DNA from: Gammaproteobacteria bacterium
Lineage (GTDB): Bacteria; Pseudomonadota; Gammaproteobacteria; UBA4575
Reading direction: 5' to 3'
Assembly (NCBI GenBank): GCA_965243395.1
Contig: CBDEUS010000002.1
Location: forward strand, 1,120,001 to 1,184,000
DNA length: 64,000 bases
Part shown: positions 20,556 to 28,251 of the stretch, one piece after another
Layout: the number at the start of each line of letters is the position of its first letter
Position numbering within the stretch: position 1 is the stretch's first letter
Translations under genes and position numbers: made by a program
Notes under the pieces: model-generated
The model's database searches: none
The model's input: only the letters and a program-made list of their open reading frames with translations
What the model was told of the DNA's origin: nothing

Positions 20556-20831
20556 TTAGTGGCAAACATGCACAGGTTTTATTACTTGGGTACCTAAATA
20601 TTCTATATATATACAGAATTTACCGGTGTGATCATTCAGTACACCTATTTGTACCTGACCCGAGTTAATTGCATGCAGCATAGTAAGTTCTGATTCACAA
20701 AATGAGCGAGCGACAATATCAATGTCTTGAATAAGAGTAGATTTTATCTTTTCAAACTCGGGAGGGTTAAAGTCCACGAGGTTTCGATTTATAAGTTGAT
20801 CGGGTTTTACAGTGCAATGAACTGATGCCAT
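20556..20831 (-). CDS. Hypothetical 91-aa protein, first gene of the hemP-fur run
   Basis: AAGGA RBS and ATG; 11 nt from hemP; no recognised family. Confidence 0.7.
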   Translation of the reverse strand: MASVHCTVKPDQLINRNLVDFNPPEFEKIKSTLIQDIDIVARSFCESELTMLHAINSGQVQIGVLNDHTGKFCIYIEYLGTQVIKPVHVCH

Positions 20832-20843
20832 TAGTTATCCTTG

Positions 20844-20908
20844 TTGAGATTTACCATATTGCAAATATTAATACGAATGATTATCATTTGCAATATGGTA
20901 AATCTCAA
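20844..20908. promoter_or_regulatory. Perfect 23-bp inverted repeat forming a bidirectional promoter with a central Fur box
   Basis: Arms 20844-20866 and 20886-20908 are exact reverse complements. Promoters: TTGCAA-N17-TATCAT (+) and TTGCAA-N17-TAATAT (-). Fur box AATACGAAT-G-ATTATCATT at 20870-20888. Confidence 0.8.
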
Positions 20909-20917
20909 AATCATCCT

Positions 20918-21289
20918 TTGTTTAGCTTAAATGCTTGGTTTGAGCGCTCTAGACCTTACTTAGAGCTGCGTAATAACTACACAAATAAAGTGGTTTTAAA
21001 ACTTAATGGTGAAAGGCTACATGAAGTCTTACAAGATATTGGTTATGACTATGAGGATCTTTTACGAAATGGCGCTTCATCAGAGTTGATTAAAGCTCTG
21101 TTATTGGCATCAATTAAGGATTCTCCAATTAAACTTGATTCAAAAAGCGAAATTCTGAAAAAAGTCACGCCTTTTCCCAAAATAAAAAAAGCCCAACATG
21201 CTTATTTTAAAAGCAGTAAATTCGAAAAAAATGACAAAGTGATATATCTAGACCGTATTTTATTGAACTCAAAAGCTAGAAAGGCTTAA
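20918..21289 (+). CDS. Hypothetical protein (start uncertain, possible 5' frameshift)
   Basis: Protein-like frame (LNAWFERSRPYLELRN...). The track's 20825 start overlaps the opposite gene and the promoter, so TTG 20918 is used. Confidence 0.55.
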   Translation: MFSLNAWFERSRPYLELRNNYTNKVVLKLNGERLHEVLQDIGYDYEDLLRNGASSELIKALLLASIKDSPIKLDSKSEILKKVTPFPKIKKAQHAYFKSSKFEKNDKVIYLDRILLNSKARKA

Positions 21290-21695
21290 CGACAACAAGA
21301 ATTACAATTGCGAATAGTGCTATTACGGGCGCTTCGTTAAACCAGCGATACCATACATGAGACTTAGTATTTTTATCGCTCGCAAAAGTTTTAACAATTC
21401 TTCCGCACCACAAGTGATAAATAATCAATAAAACAATAAAAAACAATTTGACATACATCCAACCAAAAGATGCGTAGATGTCCCAATTTGGGACCAATAA
21501 AATTGCACCTAACACAATTGTTAATGCCATGCTTGGAGTAGTAAAACGATAAAGCTTACGTTCCATGATTTTAAAACGCTCATTACATGCTGGATTGTCA
21601 TTCATTGCATGGTGAACAAATAATCTTGGTAAATAAAATAAACCTGCAAACCAGGTGATTACAAAAATAATATGTAACGCTTTTATCCAAAGCAT
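21276..21695 (-). CDS. hemJ: Protoporphyrinogen IX oxidase HemJ
   Basis: WIKALH...WFAGLFYLPRLFV.H, MERKLY, R.FNE.P, VVKPF. Confidence 0.93.
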   Translation of the reverse strand: MLWIKALHIIFVITWFAGLFYLPRLFVHHAMNDNPACNERFKIMERKLYRFTTPSMALTIVLGAILLVPNWDIYASFGWMYVKLFFIVLLIIYHLWCGRIVKTFASDKNTKSHVWYRWFNEAPVIALFAIVILVVVKPF

Positions 21696-21709
21696 ATTTT
21701 TATCCGTTT

Positions 21710-23455
21710 TTAAATGTCATATGAACTTTTAAATTTCTCTTTTGTTAAAACGCCATAGACGCGAATTGTATCAGGGCCTATGGAGCTGCTGATACAAATT
21801 GCTTCAACGCCTTCTTCAATAAATTGCTCACGCGCAGAATCAGCTGTTGCACGCAAGTCTACGCAGCTTACTTGTAAGCGTTTTGCGGGAATTTTCATTA
21901 AATCTATTTGATCTTTTTCTTCTTCATCTTCGATGTAGTTACACAAATCTGATGAGGGAAGGATGGCAATAGGTTTTTCATCTTCAATCACGATCCATTC
22001 TTTGTTTTGCTCGACTAATTCTTTTGCTTGTTCATAAGAAACGATATTACTGCTGCGGAGAATATTTCGGTTCATTACGTTAGCAACCCCAACACGACGT
22101 AATGCTTGCACCATGGGTTCATGACGATAATCCAAACCTTTTAATTGCATGAGCATTCTATAAATAGAACGTTGTCCAAAAAGCTGGCTGGCAGTAAGTT
22201 GTGCAGTCACTATTGCCAACATCCCAGGTAAAATAATATTTGGATTGCTAGTAAGTTCAAACACAGCAGTCAATGCTGCAAGCGGTGCTTGAAGTGTTGC
22301 ACCCATCATGGCTGCCATGCCAATTAATGCATACATACCTGGTGATGATGAGAGGTCGGGAAAAATGGGTTGTGCAATGATCCCCATTATTCCACCCAAA
22401 CTGGCGCCAATAACAAAGGTAGGACCGATCAGACCAGCAGGTAATCCCAAACCGACACTACATGCAGTTGCGATTAGTTTTGCTGCGAATATGATTAATA
22501 AGAGGTTTAAACCAATGTTGTTTACTAATGAGTTATTTACGGTGTCATAACCGATTCCCATTATTTGTGGCGCAAAATAAGCAAGTAAGCCTGTTATGGT
22601 TCCAGCAAGGGTAAATTTAATCCAGATGGATAAGTTTTTACTGGCTATTGAAGCGAGCTTGGTAATGTAAATAAAAATAACCGCTGCGATACCCGTTACT
22701 ACACCAAGAAAAACTACATAGGGTAGTTCCAATAAGTTTGTCAGTTGAAAATTAGGAACTGAAAAAACGACTTCGGCGCCAAATATAGCCCGAGTCACTG
22801 CCGTAGCACTGACCGCAGACAGAATAACCGGTAAAAAACTCGCCAGTGTGTATTCCATCATAACCACTTCAAGTGCGAAGATCACACCTGCTAATGGTGT
22901 ATTAAATGAGGCTCCGATAGCTGCTGCTGTTCCACAGGCTACAAGTGTCCGAATTGTATTATTTGGTAATCCGAGTTTTTGACCAATTATGCTGCTGGTA
23001 GCCGATCCTAAATGAATTGCAGGGCCTTCACGTCCTAAAGACTGGCCTGAAATGATTGCAATAGCCGCCCCAACATACTGCATTATTAAACCACGAATTG
23101 TTAAATAACCTTGATGGTAAGAAAGCCGTTCCATAACATGTGAAACGCCAACGCTTAGGTCTTTTTTAGCAAATAATTTAAATATTGCTGCAATTACTAT
23201 TGCACCAGCAATGGGAAGAAGAATGCGATAGTTAGCGCGTAATCCTTCATAGTTTTCCGGATCTCCATAAGGTAAAAAAGCGGTTTGTACTGATTCAATT
23301 AAAAGCCTGAATGACACGATAACGAAGCCTGTCATAAGGCCGGCCAAAATACCCAGCACAGCAAGTTGTATTAACGCATCTGGTCTTGATGTTCGTAAGC
23401 GTAAATTTTCTAATGCCTGTCGAATCTTGAGGCGAATAATTGATTCTTTTGCCAT
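21710..23455 (-). CDS. ClC-family chloride channel/antiporter
   Basis: GREGP, FNTPLAG..FALE, GIGY, GLIGP, APL motifs; degenerate CBS-like tail. Confidence 0.92.
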   Translation of the reverse strand: MAKESIIRLKIRQALENLRLRTSRPDALIQLAVLGILAGLMTGFVIVSFRLLIESVQTAFLPYGDPENYEGLRANYRILLPIAGAIVIAAIFKLFAKKDLSVGVSHVMERLSYHQGYLTIRGLIMQYVGAAIAIISGQSLGREGPAIHLGSATSSIIGQKLGLPNNTIRTLVACGTAAAIGASFNTPLAGVIFALEVVMMEYTLASFLPVILSAVSATAVTRAIFGAEVVFSVPNFQLTNLLELPYVVFLGVVTGIAAVIFIYITKLASIASKNLSIWIKFTLAGTITGLLAYFAPQIMGIGYDTVNNSLVNNIGLNLLLIIFAAKLIATACSVGLGLPAGLIGPTFVIGASLGGIMGIIAQPIFPDLSSSPGMYALIGMAAMMGATLQAPLAALTAVFELTSNPNIILPGMLAIVTAQLTASQLFGQRSIYRMLMQLKGLDYRHEPMVQALRRVGVANVMNRNILRSSNIVSYEQAKELVEQNKEWIVIEDEKPIAILPSSDLCNYIEDEEEKDQIDLMKIPAKRLQVSCVDLRATADSAREQFIEEGVEAICISSSIGPDTIRVYGVLTKEKFKSSYDI

Positions 23456-23632
23456 GCGCTAGATTATGCCATAAGAACAATAATTATCTGTTCTCGATCA
23501 GCACGTATAATCTTAAGTGTTTTGCTTTTGATGAAACTTATTAGCTTGTATGATGCACCAAGATTTTTGTCAGACTCCATACTTATATGAGTTAGTCTGA
23601 ATTGAAATTTTTATTAATAGGAAGCTGTATTC

Positions 23633-24664
23633 ATGATCTCAGTCGGAATTGTAGGTGGTACGGGATATACCGGTATTGAGCTGTTGCGCATATTGGTCTC
23701 ACATCCTATGGTTGAGATTAAAGTGGTCACATCACGAAGTGAGGCAGGGAATAAAGTTTCCAGCGTATACCCGAGCTTACTTGCTAATCTTGATGTAGCT
23801 TTCACTGCACCTGATGCGGCTCTTTTGAAAGAGTGTGATTGTGTATTTTTTGCTGCGCCAAATGGAACAGCAATGCAAATGGTGCCTGAACTTTTGGATA
23901 ATGGAGTGAAAGTTATTGACCTGGCGGCTGATTTTAGAATCAAAGATTCAGCAACGTGGGAACAATGGTATAAACAACCGCATGCATGTCCGGACTTGTT
24001 AAACAATGCAGTTTACGGTTTGCCTGAACTACATCGAAATGAAATTAAAAAAGCAACACTGGTCGCAAACCCTGGATGTTATCCAACAGCAGTTATTTTA
24101 GGTTTCTTACCTTTGATTGAATCGGGAATTTCTAAAAATACAAAGTTAATTGCAGACGCAAAATCGGGTGTAAGTGGTGCAGGGCGTGGCGCAAATGTGC
24201 CAACACTTTTCAGCGAAGCGGGTGAAAATTTTAAAGCTTACAACGTCAATGCACATCGACATTGGCCTGAGATTAAACAAGTTTTAGAAAGTGTAAGTAA
24301 TGACGAAGTTAATTTTGTGTTTACTCCTCATTTAACACCTATGGTAAGAGGAATATTTGCCACACTATATTCTGTAGGCATTGATTCTTCTGCAGATTTA
24401 ATTGATTTATATAAGAAAAGATATGCTGATGAAGCATTTGTGCAAGTATTAGAAGAGGGTGTGCTACCTGAAACCAAGCATGTTCGTGCATCTAATCAGT
24501 GCATATTATCTATATCTAAACCCTATAGTGGCGATACTGCTGTAGTGTTATCAGTAATTGACAATCTTGTAAAAGGTGCGGCAGGTCAGGCCGTTCAAAA
24601 TATGAATTTAATGTTTGGAATAGAAGAGACAACAGGATTAATGCAGGCGGGGCTATTTCCTTAA
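23633..24664 (+). CDS. argC: N-acetyl-gamma-glutamyl-phosphate reductase
   Basis: [33 protein letters not shown]. Confidence 0.97.
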   Translation: MISVGIVGGTGYTGIELLRILVSHPMVEIKVVTSRSEAGNKVSSVYPSLLANLDVAFTAPDAALLKECDCVFFAAPNGTAMQMVPELLDNGVKVIDLAADFRIKDSATWEQWYKQPHACPDLLNNAVYGLPELHRNEIKKATLVANPGCYPTAVILGFLPLIESGISKNTKLIADAKSGVSGAGRGANVPTLFSEAGENFKAYNVNAHRHWPEIKQVLESVSNDEVNFVFTPHLTPMVRGIFATLYSVGIDSSADLIDLYKKRYADEAFVQVLEEGVLPETKHVRASNQCILSISKPYSGDTAVVLSVIDNLVKGAAGQAVQNMNLMFGIEETTGLMQAGLFP

Positions 24665-25383
24665 TGATTAAGCGCACTCGACAAAACGGTTCTTATCTAG
24701 TTTCATTTGGAATTACAGCGGCGTTTTTTATACTTTCTTTATATTTTGCATATTGGATAGGTGAGAATGGATTAAGAATTCCTTTTTTGTCATCTCATAG
24801 CTTGCCAGAGTTTGCAGATAGTGATGAAAAAATTAAATTTTTAGAAAAAAAGGTTCGAGAACTTGAAGGTGAGCTGGCTTATGTGAAACGTTCAACTAAA
24901 GTTGAACTTGCAGCGGTTGAAGAAGTAAATAAAGCAATAAAAGAAAAAGACCTAGAACTTTTAGAGTTAAAACAAGAACTGCATTTTTATAATACGCTTT
25001 ATACTGCAAATACTGATAATACACTTATTCATATTAAAGCATTTGATTTGCAAAAAGATCCTGTAACTGGGCGATATGTATACGAGCTTGTGTTAACTGG
25101 TGTTGCCAAAAAGCGTGAAGGTAAAGTGTCAGGTGTGATTGGTTTAAGTGTAGATGGAGAAGAACAAGATATACTCAAACGTTTAGTTTTTGAAGATGCT
25201 AGTGAAGTAACAGAGACTTCGCTGACATTTTCTTTTAAATATTTTCAAAAAATTTCGGGAAGTTTTTCTTTACCAGAAGAATTTAAGCCATCAACAGTAC
25301 ACATAGAAGTTCGTCGTGATAAAAGCAAAAAAGAACCCATTGCTGTGAGTTATAACTGGGACGAAGTTTTTACAAATAGTTAA
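24664..25383 (+). CDS. DUF6776-like membrane-anchored coiled-coil protein
   Basis: One TM, coiled coil, F.FKYFQ...G...LP..F.P; lies between argC and bactofilin. Confidence 0.7.
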   Translation: MIKRTRQNGSYLVSFGITAAFFILSLYFAYWIGENGLRIPFLSSHSLPEFADSDEKIKFLEKKVRELEGELAYVKRSTKVELAAVEEVNKAIKEKDLELLELKQELHFYNTLYTANTDNTLIHIKAFDLQKDPVTGRYVYELVLTGVAKKREGKVSGVIGLSVDGEEQDILKRLVFEDASEVTETSLTFSFKYFQKISGSFSLPEEFKPSTVHIEVRRDKSKKEPIAVSYNWDEVFTNS

Positions 25384-25394
25384 AGCAGGTAGTT

Positions 25395-25760
25395 ATGGCA
25401 TTTAAGAAAAAAGTTAAAACCATGCGAGTTGATACACTGGTAGGTAAACATTCAAAAATTATGGGTGATATTTTATTTACCGGTGGAGTACATATTGAAG
25501 GTGAGGTAGAAGGAAATCTCATGGCGGAAGAATCCGATAAAGGATTTGTAGTAGTGAGCGAGTCTGGGCTAGTAAAAGGAGAAATCCGTGGTCCAACAAT
25601 CATCGTCTATGGAACTGTAAGTGGTGATGTATATGCGACCGGCACCATAGAACTTGCCTCAGGTGCAAAAATTAACGGTAGTGTTTATTACAATTTACTA
25701 GAAATGGCTAACGGGGCTGAAGTAAATGGAAATCTTGTACATCAGCAAAGCAATACGTGA
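25395..25760 (+). CDS. Bactofilin (polymer-forming cytoskeletal protein)
   Basis: TLVG...I.GDI.F.GG.HI.G.V.G beta-helix repeats. Confidence 0.9.
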   Translation: MAFKKKVKTMRVDTLVGKHSKIMGDILFTGGVHIEGEVEGNLMAEESDKGFVVVSESGLVKGEIRGPTIIVYGTVSGDVYATGTIELASGAKINGSVYYNLLEMANGAEVNGNLVHQQSNT

Positions 25761-25800
25761 TCAGTGGTTGTAAAATCAGGTTTTGAACTATTCCTAAGGA

Positions 25801-25825
25801 ATAGTTGACTAATTTACTAAGGTAA
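25801..25825 (+). promoter_or_regulatory. IscR type-1 site overlapping the erpA -35
   Basis: ATAGTTGACTAATTTACTAAGGTAA matches ATASYYGACTRWWWYAGTCRRSTAT at 22/25. erpA is a known IscR target. Confidence 0.75.
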
Positions 25826-25869
25826 TGTTAGTATATTAGCAAGTTCTAAAATAACATTTGGAGAATCAT

Positions 25870-26247
25870 ATGGCTGCAGCCAATAATGCGGAAGCAACAA
25901 CACCCTCTGCACCCCCATCATCTTTAATATTTACTGATGCGGCTGCAAACAAGGTGAAGCAGCTCATTGAAGATGAAAAAAACGACAATCTTAAGTTACG
26001 CGTGTTTGTAAGTGGTGGAGGTTGTTCAGGTTTTCAATATGGGTTCACCTTTGATGAAAATTTACAAGATGGCGATACTTCAGTCGAAAATGCTGGGGTT
26101 ACGTTATTAGTTGACCCAATGAGCTTTCAGTATTTAATGGGTGCAGAAATCGATTACACAGAAGGTTTGGAAGGAGCGCAATTTGTAATTCGCAATCCAA
26201 ATGCACAGACGACTTGTGGCTGTGGTTCTTCTTTCTCACCTGGTTAA
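25870..26247 (+). CDS. erpA: Fe-S cluster insertion protein ErpA
   Basis: [15 protein letters not shown] and [12 protein letters not shown]; GGAG RBS before ATG 25870. Confidence 0.95.
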   Translation: MAAANNAEATTPSAPPSSLIFTDAAANKVKQLIEDEKNDNLKLRVFVSGGGCSGFQYGFTFDENLQDGDTSVENAGVTLLVDPMSFQYLMGAEIDYTEGLEGAQFVIRNPNAQTTCGCGSSFSPG

Positions 26248-26270
26248 TGATCCAATTGGTTTAATTATTT

Positions 26271-26299
26271 AAAAAGCGCTCGCATGAGCGCTTTTTTTT
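26271..26299 (+). terminator. Intrinsic terminator after erpA
   Basis: AAAAAGCGCTC-GCAT-GAGCGCTTTTTTTT. Confidence 0.9.
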
Positions 26300-26374
26300 G
26301 TCCTTTTGAAAATACCGCAGCCTAGGATATTGATTTAAAATATAAGCAATCACCCTGCTTTAGGAAATTAAGTT

Positions 26375-27424
26375 ATGCAAATCAGTGTTTCAGAAATCTT
26401 AAATGAATTTTCGCAATGGAATTTATTCTTAAAGTACGATGGGCCAGATAAGCAAATTACGGGAATGCCTGACATAAAAGAATCTGGTGAAGGTGATTTG
26501 GTATTTGTTGAAAGCGAAGAATATGTTCCATTTGTGCAAAAGCAAAAGCCTTCAGCTGTAGTTACTAATGAAAATCTTGCAGATCAATTTAGCGGGCTAT
26601 CCAATACTGCGATTCTGGTAAGTCCAAATGCAAAATTAGCGCAAGCACTGTTGAGACAAAAATATATGGATCGTGATTTGCGTGATAATGGTTGGCCGCA
26701 AATTCATGATTCGGCGGTAATACATGATTCAGCAATACTGCAATCAAATGTAACAATTGGGCCTAATGCTGTTATTTCAAAAAATGCCAGCATTGGTGAA
26801 AACAGCATAGTAATGGCAAATGCTGTCATTGAAGAAAATGTAACGATTGGTGCTGATTGTGTAATTTATCCAAATGCAGTAATTTCGTATGAATGCGTAA
26901 TAGGGGATCGATGCATTATTATGTCGGGTACAGTAATTGGTGCGGAGGGGTTTGGCTTTGCACAAGATCAGAATCAAAAAAGTTATCGAGTGCCACAACT
27001 TGGCAATGTAATTATCGGAAACGATGTAGTGATTGGTGCAAATTGCACGATTGACCGTGCGACATTCAACAGCACAAAGATTGGTAATGGATGTAAGTTT
27101 GATAATTTAATTCATATTGCTCACAACGTAGAGGTTGGTGAGGATGCGCTCATGGCTGCGCAATGCGGTGTCGCGGGTTCCACAAAGATTGGTAAGCGCG
27201 TGCGTTTTGGCGGCCAAACTGGAACCTATGATCATGTTGTGATTGGCGACGATACAATTTTTGTCCATCGTTCAGCCATAATACAGGACGTTGAAGAGCC
27301 AGGAATCTATGCTGGTTTACCTCCAATTCCATTGCGTCAATGGTCTAAATCCACGGCAGTTTTTAAACAGCTTGAAAGTTTGAAAAAAACAGTTGATTCG
27401 CTATCAAAAAATAAAACTAAATGA
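26375..27424 (+). CDS. lpxD: UDP-3-O-acyl-glucosamine N-acyltransferase
   Basis: Hexapeptide repeats, GAEGFGF, PQLG.V.IG, GAN.TIDR, DNLIHIAHNV. Confidence 0.9.
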   Translation: MQISVSEILNEFSQWNLFLKYDGPDKQITGMPDIKESGEGDLVFVESEEYVPFVQKQKPSAVVTNENLADQFSGLSNTAILVSPNAKLAQALLRQKYMDRDLRDNGWPQIHDSAVIHDSAILQSNVTIGPNAVISKNASIGENSIVMANAVIEENVTIGADCVIYPNAVISYECVIGDRCIIMSGTVIGAEGFGFAQDQNQKSYRVPQLGNVIIGNDVVIGANCTIDRATFNSTKIGNGCKFDNLIHIAHNVEVGEDALMAAQCGVAGSTKIGKRVRFGGQTGTYDHVVIGDDTIFVHRSAIIQDVEEPGIYAGLPPIPLRQWSKSTAVFKQLESLKKTVDSLSKNKTK

Positions 27425-27822
27425 CTACATTGTTTGAAAAGTTTGATAGTCAATATCAAGTTCAACAATTAGTAGAAGAATTTTATGATGTAATGGATCG
27501 CGACAAAAAAGCAAAAGAATTACGCAGTTTACATCCGGAAAACCTTTTTTTTACAAAAAAAATTCTCTATCGATTTATTGTGCATTGGTCAGGTGGACCA
27601 GAAATATTCAATTCCGAGTACACAAATTCAACCTGGTTAGAATTGCGTCATCGAAACGTTGAATTAAATGAGTTACATCGTAAACAGTGGTTGTATTGCA
27701 TGGAGACAGCAATGCGAAATTTAGACTTTAGTGCTGGATTGATTGAAGAAGTGTTAGCAAGATTTTCAAGCTTAATAAATTCGATGTTAGCCATTCGGTC
27801 AGATTTAAAAAGCAGCAATTGA
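27421..27822 (+). CDS. Group II truncated hemoglobin (divergent)
   Basis: LV..FY..M, LR.LHP, W.GGP, proximal L.LRH, QWL.CM..A; ATGA overlap with lpxD. Confidence 0.82.
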   Translation: MTTLFEKFDSQYQVQQLVEEFYDVMDRDKKAKELRSLHPENLFFTKKILYRFIVHWSGGPEIFNSEYTNSTWLELRHRNVELNELHRKQWLYCMETAMRNLDFSAGLIEEVLARFSSLINSMLAIRSDLKSSN

Positions 27823-28251
27823 TCTCGATTTATTATTAATATTTTTCAGTGAGTTACATAATCATTTAAACATAGATAAATTGTTTTATTTTTAAACAAA
27901 TAACCACCCGCCCTACCTATACATTTTATATATAACTTATTTTTATTGTGCTTAGAATAGATGTCGACTACAAATAATGATTATTTATATTACATTAATT
28001 AATTCATAAACTTAGCTTGCAAATCCATAAAAGTTTAATTAGTATCCCTACTTAGATAAAAAAATAGAAAATTTACAAAGATCCTGTCTAATTTTCTTTC
28101 GGTGTGTTTCAGCACGAGACTTCCTGAATAGTTACTTCTAATTTGAAGTAATTCATCTCGCCAAAAATCAAAAATCTTTTTTAAACATATGCTTTGCAAA
28201 GCAGAGATGTTTTGCCCGCATCAAAATCTAGAAGATAAAGAGGAGTCTTAG

